NCBI GenBank assembly: GCA_963752775.1
Contig: CAVVZL010000035.1
Span: forward strand, 10,249-74,248
DNA: 64,000 nucleotides
Direction of reading: 5' to 3'
DNA from: an uncultured Chloroflexia bacterium
GTDB lineage: Bacteria > Chloroflexota > Anaerolineae > Anaerolineales > Villigracilaceae
Of this stretch, positions 9,546-19,096 are shown piece by piece. A model generated the notes under the pieces. The model did no database searches, was not told where the DNA came from, and was given only the letters and a program-made list of their open reading frames with translations. How positions within the stretch are numbered: the stretch's first letter is position 1; each line of letters starts with the position of its first letter. The position numbers were made by a program, and so were the translations under genes.

Positions 9546-11409
9546 TTAATGGCTCTTGTTTTTCTTGTCTTCAAACCGAACATAGACTGAGCCCGGCAAA
9601 CCATAGTCATAAGGTTCGCCAATTACCTCAAAAGGCTGATCATAGTTATGCACCGGCATCGGCGAAGGAACCAGCCATTCAGGTGAACGCGAATTCCAAA
9701 GGTTGCCAGTGGCCACTTCGCCTTTTTTAATGCTAACAAAAAGATTATAGAGAAAGATCAGAACTGAGATTGCAATCAAATAACCTGCAACAGTCATGAC
9801 CAAATGATAATTGTCAAACCCCAGGGCTGGATCATAATCGGCGACGCGGCGGCGCATTCCAAGCAGTCCGACGCGCATCATCAGGAGCGTCAGAGTTAAG
9901 AAATGAGGGCGTCATCAACCAGAAATGAATTTTGCCAAGCTTCTCGTTCATTTTGCGGCCAGTGACTTTGGGGAACCAATAATAGATGGCGGCGAAGAAA
10001 GGATAGATATAACCGCCGAACATGGTGTCATGAAAATGTCCGACGATCCAGTATGTATTTTGTAGGTGCAAATCCGTCGCAACGGTTGCATTCGGAGGTC
10101 CGGAAAGACCGCCCAAAAGGAAGACGACGATCCCACCGACTACAAACAGCATCGGTGTCGGCATTTCAATTTTCCCTTTCCAAATGGTCGCAATCCACGA
10201 GAAAAACTTGACACCCGTCGGAACAGCAACCAAGAGAGTGCTGAACATAAAGGGGATGCGCAAATATGGATTCATTCCCGATACAAACATGTGATGCGCC
10301 CATACGAGGAAACCAACCAAGGCAATCCCCAAAGAGGACATCGCCACAAAACGATAACCGAAAAGGGGCTTCCTAACAAAGACCGGCACGAGTTCCGAAA
10401 TAATACCCAACCCCGGCAGAACAAATACATACACAGCTGGATGAGAATAGAACCAAAATAGATGTTGGAACAATATCGGATTCCCGCCCTTATCGGAATC
10501 AAAGAAACCCATTCCGAACAGGCGCTGGAACATAACCATCTGGAAAGAAAGGCCAATCAACTGAGTCGCGGTTGATGATATCAGGGAGGTTGCGATCGCG
10601 GCCCATACAAAAATTGGCATTCGGAATGCAGTCATTCCCTTGGCTCGCATTCTCAAAACCGTAACGATTAAGTTTATCCCTCCCAGAATGGAAGCCCAGC
10701 CCGCAACCGCCACGCCTAGAAAAAACATCTGCATGCCGAGTGGTGCGCGCTCCGAAAGAGGCGGATAGCCCGTCCAGCCCGTATCAAAGCCTCCAAACAC
10801 AAGAGTTGAAAGCAATAAAATTGCCGCGGGCGGAGCTACCCAATAAGAAAATGCATTCAAGCGTGGGAAAGCCATATCCTGTGCGCCAATCAACATAGGC
10901 ACGAGATAGTTCATCAGGCCGGCCACGCCGAGCAGGATACCAACGATCATGACGATGCCGTGCAAACTCATAAAGGTGTTGTATTCTTGAAGCGTCAAGA
11001 ACTGCAAACCTGAATGCGCCAACTCCGTGCGAAAGATCATGGCGAACAAACCGCCCACACACAGCAAGAATAGCGCCGTCATTGTATACTGCACGCCAAT
11101 TACTTTATGGTCAAGAGAAACGTTGAGATACTTTTCCCAGCCTGGCGGATCTTCGCGGTGCTCGGGAACTTCCTCGCCCTTTGCCCATTTGAACCAATCC
11201 GTCATGGCACCCGTACTGGCTACATACGAGAGAGCACCTACCAACCCGCCAAATACCCAAGCTGGTTCAGTGAAAAGGTATTGACCGGTGACAAATGCAT
11301 TCAATCCCATCAGGACACGAATCCCAGTCAAAAACAATGCACCTGCGATCCATCCCACGAATTGCCAGAGCAGACCGCGTACCAGCGCTGACGTAAGAAA
11401 TTTCCTCAT
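9546..11409 (-). CDS. ctaD: cytochrome c oxidase subunit I (frame break near 9905)
   Basis: WFYSHPAVYV, VWAHHMFVSG, GHFHDTMFGG and GMRRRVADY are present. ORFs 9832..11409 and 9546..9881 join at an AAA/GGG run (9901..9909). Confidence 0.9.
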
Positions 11410-11426
11410 TCTTTTTCTCCGCTCAC

Positions 11427-12458
11427 TTACTTTAGCGACTCGATATAAGCCACGATATCGCTGATCTGAGATTGAGATAAAACGGTTCCGAATGTCTTCG
11501 GCATTACGTTATCCTGAAAGCCATCCACGATCTTTGCACTTGGATTGACAATTGACTCAATCAAATACGCCTCGTTCGCCGTCACAACCGTGCCGGGCGC
11601 TACATTGGTTCCGCCAGACATTTTGACTTGTGAGAGATAAAGTCCCTTCCAGGTTGGAGCAATGCCGGTGCTACTACCGTCCACGGAATGACAACCTGTG
11701 CAACCATACTTGGCAACCAATTGTTGGCCGCGCCCTATCGGAGTTTGAGCCGCCACAGCCGCCGCCGCGAGTTGCGTTTGAATCCATGAATCATAATCAG
11801 CCTGCGAGCTCACAATGACTGGTGCAGTCATATAGGAGTGCTTTAAGCCGCACAACTGCGCGCACTCCACCTGATAGGTTCCGATCAGGTCCGGCGTGAC
11901 ACGATAAGTGGTGATGCGGCCCGGTAAAATATCCTGCTTCATGCGAAATTGAGGTACAAAGAATGAATGGATGACATCCGTGGATTGCATGTTCAACACG
12001 ACTTGACGATTAACAGGCAAATGCAACTCGGTGGAAGTAAACCCCGCCGGGTAGTCAAATTCCCATGACCATTGGCGGGCAGTCACATTTATTTCCAAAG
12101 CGTTTGGGTCCACCGCCATTACTTCCCCCAAGGTATACGTGCCCATATATGCAAGAACGAGAACAGTAATCAAAGGAATAACTGTCCAAATAATTTCCAG
12201 AGTATTGTTTCCTTCAATATGCGGACCATCCGATGTATCCCCTTTCTTCCGGCGAAACACAATCAGGCTATAAATCAGAGGAACCATGATCAGCGCAAAG
12301 AGAAAGCAAATAATAGCAATCTCAACATTCCACAACTGATCTATCGGAATGGATTGCGCACTGGCCTCGACAGGCATTAACTTTATGGCCATCAACCCGG
12401 CATAAGTAGCTATAGCTAAAACAACTACCAGCACGCCGGTAATTACATAATGTCGCAT
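11427..12458 (-). CDS. ctaC: cytochrome c oxidase subunit II with C-terminal cytochrome c domain (caa3-type)
   Basis: CuA site HSFFVPQF...CAQLCGLKHSYM, C-terminal CTGCHS heme-c motif and two N-terminal TM helices. Confidence 0.9.
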   Translation of the reverse strand: MRHYVITGVLVVVLAIATYAGLMAIKLMPVEASAQSIPIDQLWNVEIAIICFLFALIMVPLIYSLIVFRRKKGDTSDGPHIEGNNTLEIIWTVIPLITVLVLAYMGTYTLGEVMAVDPNALEINVTARQWSWEFDYPAGFTSTELHLPVNRQVVLNMQSTDVIHSFFVPQFRMKQDILPGRITTYRVTPDLIGTYQVECAQLCGLKHSYMTAPVIVSSQADYDSWIQTQLAAAAVAAQTPIGRGQQLVAKYGCTGCHSVDGSSTGIAPTWKGLYLSQVKMSGGTNVAPGTVVTANEAYLIESIVNPSAKIVDGFQDNVMPKTFGTVLSQSQISDIVAYIESLK

Positions 12459-12493
12459 ACTCTCTCTCCTGAGTTTTAATCACACGCGCCTTG

Positions 12494-12535
12494 CCCCTTG
12501 TTCGGCGACGGAAACAATTGCCGAAGAACAAGGGG
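12494..12535 (-). promoter_or_regulatory. stable hairpin in the cox 5' leader, about 35 nt upstream of the ctaC start
   Basis: CCCCTTGTTC..GGC / GCC..GAACAAGGGG inverted repeat (10 bp plus 3 bp). On the minus strand it is followed by GGAGAGAGAG and ATG 12458. Confidence 0.35.
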
Positions 12536-12654
12536 TGGTTGTCTCAAGAATAAGGCTGTATTCTCAAAGAGTTATCGATACAAATAAAACCCGCCGTAAG
12601 TGGCGAGGTCCTTAATGTACCAAATTTTCCTGATTTTGTCACTATAATTTGGAT

Positions 12655-12682
12655 ATTTTATTCCAATTTTGAAAATGGTCAA
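12655..12682 (-). promoter_or_regulatory. candidate sigma70-type promoter of the cox operon
   Basis: On the minus strand: TTGACC (12677..12682), a 16-nt spacer, then TAAAAT (12655..12660). It lies downstream of the bcp stop. Confidence 0.3.
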
Positions 12683-12717
12683 GCGCTTCATTTTTGAATT
12701 TTTAGCAGGTCGTGGAA

Positions 12718-13191
12718 CTATAAGTTTTTCAACGCTTCAAGCACTTCCGCACTGTGCTCTGCTGGACGCACATTCTCAAAAACTCGCGCGATCTTGCCGT
12801 GAGCATCTATCAAAAATGTGGTTCGTAGTACGCCTTCATATTCGCGTCCCGCAAATTTCTTTGGTCCCCAAACCCCATAACTATTACACACCTGATGATC
12901 CTCATCAGCAAGCAAAGGAAATGGCAATTGATATTTCTCTTTGAACTTCACGTGTGACTTTACCAAATCCGGACTTACCCCAAGAATGGTCACACCTGAA
13001 TTTTGATAAGCAGAATAATCGTCCCGAAAATTGCAAGCTTCCTTTGTGCAGCCCGGCGTATCGTCTGCTGGATAAAAGTATAAAATCACAGGTTGACCCT
13101 TGAAATCCGATAAACGACGCATTGCATTCGCATCATCGAGTAATTCAAATTCGGGCGCGGGTATTCCGGATAAAATAGGCATATTGGTCAT
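12718..13191 (-). CDS. bcp: thiol peroxidase Bcp (peroxiredoxin)
   Basis: FYPADDTPGCTKEAC active-site motif; full-length 157 aa. Confidence 0.9.
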   Translation of the reverse strand: MTNMPILSGIPAPEFELLDDANAMRRLSDFKGQPVILYFYPADDTPGCTKEACNFRDDYSAYQNSGVTILGVSPDLVKSHVKFKEKYQLPFPLLADEDHQVCNSYGVWGPKKFAGREYEGVLRTTFLIDAHGKIARVFENVRPAEHSAEVLEALKNL

Positions 13192-13203
13192 CTCCTTTAA
13201 ATC

Positions 13204-13614
13204 TTATTTTAGTGTACGTATAAACGCGATTACCTGCCAAATTTGTTGATCGGTAAATGTGCCCTTCCAGGCGGGCATGGCCGTTCCAGTAACACCGGTA
13301 CTGACTTTCCAAAACAGAAAATCATTGGCGGAGATTTCACAGAGATCAACCAAATTAGCGGGAGGCGGGTCAAGTGCCTCGCTTGCAGGTCCATCGCCAT
13401 GACCATTTTCGCCATGGCAGGTGACGCAATCTGCCTTAAATAAATTTGCACCAGCAGTTATGTCCACATTTGATGGAATTGTTTTTCCTGCAAATTCAAA
13501 AGGTACCGTTGGCAAAGGCTGCGAAATCGGCGCTGGAGCATCAAGAGATTGACTTGAACATCCTGATAAAACGAAAATTGAGACAGCCATAAAAACTGTC
13601 AATAAAGTCCTCAT
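13204..13614 (-). CDS. class I c-type cytochrome, lipoprotein
   Basis: Signal peptide with lipobox VLSGCSS, CVTCHGENGHGDG heme-binding motif and distal TGTAMPAW. Confidence 0.8.
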   Translation of the reverse strand: MRTLLTVFMAVSIFVLSGCSSQSLDAPAPISQPLPTVPFEFAGKTIPSNVDITAGANLFKADCVTCHGENGHGDGPASEALDPPPANLVDLCEISANDFLFWKVSTGVTGTAMPAWKGTFTDQQIWQVIAFIRTLK

Positions 13615-13649
13615 TCTTCCTTATTAACTATCACTCTAATGCTAACAGC

Positions 13650-14018
13650 TTATTTGAGGATACCAATTTTTTTCAAATCTTCTTCGAGAGACTCCAGCGT
13701 GGCAGGTTTGATGATCATTGCGTTTGCGCCGCCCTTCATGACCCACGCGCGCGTTTCTGGTTGATCGTCCGAAGTGATCACAATCACCGGAACCGGCACA
13801 AGCCTTGGTTCACGACGCAAATAAGCCAGGATTTCCAAACCATCTACGCCGGGCATGTTGATATCTAGCAAAATCAATCCGGGTGTAAAACCGCTCAACA
13901 ACGTTATCGCCGGGCTGGCACCATAAGCCACCCGCGCAGGCACATCCAGCACAGTTAACATTTGATGCAGTGCATCAGCCGTCGAACGATTATCATCAAT
14001 GATCAATGCTTCGCTCAT
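13650..14018 (-). CDS. single-domain response regulator (CheY-like receiver)
   Basis: IIDDN, LLDINMPGVDG and IIKP receiver signatures. The ATG overlaps the upstream moeA-PBP stop (ATGA at 14015..14018) and is preceded by GGAGGAC. Confidence 0.85.
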   Translation of the reverse strand: MSEALIIDDNRSTADALHQMLTVLDVPARVAYGASPAITLLSGFTPGLILLDINMPGVDGLEILAYLRREPRLVPVPVIVITSDDQPETRAWVMKGGANAMIIKPATLESLEEDLKKIGILK

Positions 14019-16040
14019 TTGTCCTCCAGAATTACCGTACCCATCACAGACACATCGTATCCTTTCAGTTTAGATACAGCCTCTCGCAACGCGCGGCCGC
14101 TCAAAAGTCCGAAGAGAGGCGCCAGCAATTCATCATGCGCATATGTATTCGGAATAACCAGATCATAACGCTCCTGAAACAATGGAATAAAATCCAAGTC
14201 AAGAGCTTGCGCCGCGGCTGCAATGCCAAGTCCGCAATCTGCACGTCCTGAAGCGACCGCCGCGGCTACGCCCAGATGGGTAAATTCTTCCTGATTGTAC
14301 CCTTGAATCATTTCCGGAGGAATCTCCATTAATTTCAAGTGATAATCCAACAGAACGCGCGTGCCGGCACCGCGTTGCCGGTTCACAAACCGGACCGCTG
14401 AGCGGCTGAGGTCGCCCAAACCTCTTATTCCCTTTGGGTTTCCCCGTTTCAAAAGCAGACCCTGCTCACGTCGAACCAGTGCAACAACTTTGACTGGAAT
14501 ATTCGGCAGGTACTGACGAATATATGGGATGTTGAATTCACCCGTTTGCGGATCAAACAAATGCGAGCCCGCCAAATGCGCTTCACCGCGACGAAGCGCA
14601 ATCAATCCGCCCTGCGAACCGACATTGGCAGAGACAAAGCGACGATCATGTCCAGCAAGGAATTGCGAAAGCAGATCAAGGGTCAAATCATGTGAGCCAA
14701 TGCAAAAGATCGTATTCTCAAGTTCGGCTTTGCTTTTGTAAAGATGAACATGGACTTTTTCTCCCGCCTCAACGCCTTGAATACCAGGCGGAAGAATCAC
14801 AAGTCCGTCTGCTTGAACCAATGAAGAAATTACTCCTGCCCCGCGTGAAAGCGGCGCGGCAAGAAGTTTATTGCCGACTCGGCCGACGACAACGCGCACA
14901 TAATCTTCATCACCCGCGGGTGAATTGATCTTGCGAGTCAACTGTGCAGTTTCGATGAGAAGCTTATTTGGTTCTCGTCCCAGCCATTTGGCGATCAACG
15001 GCTCAACAAAGATTTCAATTGTCAGCGCGGCGGAGACCGGATAGCCAGGAACGCCAATAATGGGAACAATGTCATTGTGAGCATCCGCGGGACGCGTGGC
15101 AATCTCCCGTTGGGTGGGCACTTGAGATTGCTTCGCTTCGCTGGCAATGGTACCAAGTATGACCGGATGTCCTGGCCTTACTGCAACTCCATGAACCAAA
15201 AGCGTTCCAAGTTTCTCAACTACCTTCGCTGAGAAATCTTCCGCGCCAGCAGATGAGCCAGCATTCAGCAAAATCAAATCGCAATCTCGTGCGGCTTCTC
15301 GCACGCGCTGGCAAATCAAATCGAAATCGTCCTTCGTAATCGGAAATCGTGTCGGCCCGCCGCCCATAGATTTGATCTGCGCTGCGAGCACTAGCGAGTT
15401 GTACTCAATAATATCGCCCGATTTTAATTTTGATCCGATGGGGACAAGTTCCGTGCCGGTTGGCAAAATTGCAACGCGTCGGTTTTCACCGCGCTACTTT
15501 GATTTCACCATAGCCAGAGGCGGCAATTGCGCCCAAATCAACCGGACGCAAGACATGACCTGCAGGCAAAACCAATTGTGTCGCGACAATGTCTTCTCCA
15601 ACCGCACGCACATGACTCCACGGCGCAACCGCCGCGCAAATCCGAATGGTTTTCACTTTACGAATCTCTTTGGTGATTTCGCCACGCTCATCCAACAATT
15701 CGACATTCTCGATGGGAATCACCGCATTAGCCCACTCAGGCAATGGATCTCCGGTATCCACATAGTCAGCCTCCGGACCAATCTTAAGATTCAATGGAAC
15801 AGAAGGCAACGCGCCGTTCGTCATGATGGCACGAACGGCAAATCCGTCCATGGCGGAGGCATGATAATGCGGTGATGAAATCTTTGCCCAAATAGATTCA
15901 GATAGGACCCGTCCCAAGGCGTTCTCATCAAGCGGAATGGATTCCGCGCCAAGCACGCGCCAAAGCCCAGCTTGCTCCAATGCAGAATGAAAGCGGGCTT
16001 GCGCTTTGGGAAGAGGAATATCGTGGAGGTAAAAGGACAT
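14015..16040 (-). CDS. moeA: MoeA-family molybdopterin molybdenum/tungsten transferase fused to a C-terminal PBP-like ligand-binding domain (frame break near 15470..15490)
   Basis: ORF 15486..16040 carries the MoeA N-terminal domains (SPHYHASAMDGFAV). ORF 14015..15466 carries PTGTELV, LLNAGSSAG and GVPGYPVSA, then a periplasmic-binding-protein-like domain of about 230 aa. Confidence 0.8.
15071..15152. repeat. palindromic repeat element inserted in frame in moeA (copy 1)
   Basis: GTCATTGTGAGC...GGCAATCTC-17 nt-GAGATTGCTTCGCTTCGCTGGCAATGG. It is translated as ASEAKQSQVPTQREIATRPADAHNDI between conserved MoeA blocks. Its left arm matches 41990..42025. Confidence 0.55.
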
Positions 16041-16210
16041 TTGTCGAATTTGATAAATTAACTCAATTAGCCGTGGGGTCGGGGTGATTCATACCCGATG
16101 AGCTGTAGTTTTGCAAAACAACTCCGTGCAGCGCGCTTCTGTTCCCATCTGTCGCAGCAGTTTTTTTGGAATCTGCAAATTTGGCAATTAAATCTCTTAC
16201 TCTTGGATAT

Positions 16211-16870
16211 TTAGCCATGGTCAAAGAAATAAGCAAATCTAAGTTTAGATTTAACAAACGACGTATTGCCATCAACCGCTGGAATTGTTTTCATTTGATT
16301 TTTCCATATGCCTATCTGAGCTTCGATTTGGGAATCGGAAAGCCCTGTAACATAATTGACAGTTATCACCCACCAGTTCTTATCGGGTGGTTTTTGTCAT
16401 AAAATTCAACAGGCATTACAATATTGCCAATGCACTTATATGTGACGAACCCGAATGACCTATTCCTGCTGAAAGGCTCAGATCCTGGTACGGTGAAGGT
16501 GAGAGCAGAGCTTGTATTATAAACAATTTCACCGTTGCTATAGTGAATCAACAGTACATCCTTAATATCAGATGAATCGAAATGTGTGGGGGGCAGTCGA
16601 GTTTAACCACGCCAGATACGCACCGTCAAGTAAGGCCCCTAAAGTTATCGGCCAATCTTTGTAATTTTCAATCGGGCAAACCTTAAACGGCGACTAAGGA
16701 GTTTTTGTGGGCTCAGGGGTGAAAGTGGATGTTGCGGTCTGTATATTGGGTATTGAAGCAGCGATAGTTAATGTGCGTGTGGAAGTAGGTAAAGTTTCAG
16801 GCCCTACTCGAATAGAACTACAAGCCATCAATGCGAGAACGAACAAAGCGATGGCGGTTGTTTTGCGCAT
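16211..16870 (-). CDS. Pro/Thr-linker lipoprotein, disrupted (in-frame TAG plus at least two frame breaks)
   Basis: ATG 16870 gives MRKTTAIALFVLALMACSS (lipobox) and a PT-rich linker, then TAG 16694..16696 in frame. The frame changes at a C6 run (about 16588) and near 16375, and the gene ends DHG-TAA at 16211. Confidence 0.4.
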
Positions 16871-16884
16871 GATAACCTAAGTCC

Positions 16885-18148
16885 TTAAATCAACATTACT
16901 TCCACCATCTCACCGGCGCTGAAACCCGTTGCATCCAGCGGAATGCAAATCAATCCATCCGCGGCAGCGAGGGTGAAGACCAAATTGCTTTTGCTGAAGG
17001 TGGGTTCGGCATCCCAATTTCCAAATTCCGATTTACGATTTACAAGCTTTACCGGAATCCAGTCTTCTCTGCCAGCCTGTGATGCAATGTTGACCATCAT
17101 GCGCGCCATCACAGATGCACGCGGTTTATCAATTGGCAAACCCAGCAACATCTCAATCACCGGCACCACAAATAAATATCCATTCACCAGCGCGCTGACA
17201 GGATTGCCGGGCAATCCAATCACAGCCTTGCTATTGCACACGCCCAAAATTGTCGGCTTGCCGGGGTGCGTGTTGATACCATGCACCAGCACCCCTGGTG
17301 CGCCCAGCGAGTCAATTACTATTGCGGTCATGTCGCGCGTGCTGGCGGATGAACCCGCCGTAATCAAAACGACATCACATTCCCTTAATGCACGCGATGC
17401 CATGTCTTTCAACACCGACAACTGATCAGGCACAATTCCATAAAGCACCCCTTCACCGCCAGACTTCATCACCAATGAAGAATAATGTATAAGCATTGAC
17501 ATCGCGCACCTGACCACGTCGCGGTTGTTGACTCGGATAAATCACTTCATCACCGGACGAAATCAAGCCGACACGAATCTTTCTGATGACATTTAATTGA
17601 ACAATTCCCAATGCCATCAAGCCGCCGATCTCCGCAGGGCGCATCATTCGGCCTCTCGGCAGGACAACCGTTCCCTCGGCCACATCCTCGCCGACGCGGA
17701 TCACGTTCTCGCCCTCGGCGACTGCGCGCATGATTTCGATTTCATCTTGTTTTTTTTGTTCTCCGTCGTGAATGGTTTGTATATATTCCAACATCACGAC
17801 CGCATCCGCACCATCCGGCAACATGCCGCCAGTGTGAATCAATGCACATTGACCGGATTGCAAATCAAATAATGGCACATCGCCCATCGGAACTTCACCA
17901 ATGAGATTCAAATAAGTGGGCAACGAGTCTGTTGCGCCGAAGGTATCATGCGCGAGGATGGCATATCCATCCATCGTCGAGCGCGGAAACTCAGGCAACG
18001 GATGCGGTGCGATGATGTCTTCGGCGGTCACACGGCCCAGAGATGAAACAGTGCTAATTGATTCGGAATCCGTTATCGGTCCGGAAAGATGTGAAAGCAA
18101 AAGCGCGCGCGCTTCATCAGGCGGAAGCAATCGAAGGAATTCGGGCAT
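16885..18148 (-). CDS. moeA: MoeA molybdopterin molybdenumtransferase (frame break near 17480)
   Basis: ORFs 17453..18148 and 16885..17517 join. Motifs RSTMDGYA, HTGGMLP, SSGDEV, ITAGSSAS and GLPGNPVSA are present. Confidence 0.85.
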
Positions 18149-18151
18149 GAT

Positions 18152-19034
18152 TCATCGCAGCCAAAAAGTCAACGTTAATAGATAAGCTGTTAAACCAAAA
18201 ATGGCAATCGCATTGGCAGTCAAAAAATTCCAAAGAGGTCGTGAGCCGAGCGAGATATTGCGAAGCCAGTAAATTTGCAGGAGTGCGAATGGGAACGTCA
18301 AGAAAGCAGGCCATAACAAACGGAATGAAAAACCAAAGATCGGCGCCGCTGCAAACAAGACATACGCACCAAGTATAAGGAGATGATGAAAAGGAATCGC
18401 ATGTTCCCAACCGAGACGGGCAAGCAGAGTATTGCGCTCATACTTTATGTCGTCAGCATAGGATGGGAAGTCAAGCGCCAGAAACATGGCAAGCGTGAGG
18501 AGAATGAGCGGAATAGAAATAAAAACCACCAAATTGTGGTAGGTTCCCGCCTGCAAAAGATAAGCAATGGATGGGGAAAAATATGCAATTTGAATGGATA
18601 GAAGCAATTCGCCAAAGCCTTTATCCATCAGGCGAAGAGGCGGGACAGAATAAATGAGCAATACAAATAATGAAACAGTGATAAATAGAAATGCAGATGC
18701 GCCCAAATGGTGATCTTTATATAAGCAGAAAAGCAATCACAGCCAGTGCAGCAAGAGCGCCAACTGAGACAGATAAGGCTGCGTCGCAAGTCAACCTGCG
18801 GTTAGTTGGTGTTTCATTGAGGACAATGGGTTCATTAGCGGGACGAAAAACTTCGGCAAGCAAATTCATGCTGAGCTGAGCAAATATGATGCCGATCAGC
18901 CCAAGCCAAAATGCTGTGGGCGCTTGCGGCTTGCCCAAATAGCGTGCGATACCCGCGCCAAGAATATAGGTCAGCGCAGTGAGGAGCAGGTAAAGCGGAC
19001 GAGATAATCGAAGGATTGTGACGAGACGGTGCAT
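18152..19034 (-). CDS. UbiA/MenA-superfamily-like membrane protein with degenerate first Asp-rich motif (frame break near 18725)
   Basis: ORFs 18717..19034 and 18152..18736 join; about 9 TM helices. The second motif region LDFPSYADDIKYERNTLLARLG is MenA-like. The position of NDxxDxxxD reads MNLLAEVFRPANEP. Confidence 0.55.
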
Positions 19035-19096
19035 AGGAGTTATTTAACCATAAAGGAAAGAGACGCAAAAGGTTTAAAAACTTACACACTTTGTGA

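Noticed and set aside
16063-16551. Two small overlapping ORFs (16366..16551 and 16063..16275) resembling a toxin-antitoxin pair
   Set aside because: The upstream ORF is the frame-shifted continuation of the lipoprotein starting at 16870. The downstream 51-codon ORF (ATG 16218) has no recognisable toxin or antitoxin motifs. The overlap alone is insufficient evidence.
16943-17425. 160-aa plus-strand ORF
   Set aside because: It is antisense to moeA (ITAGSSAS and GLPGNPVSA are encoded on the minus strand). It is a shadow ORF.
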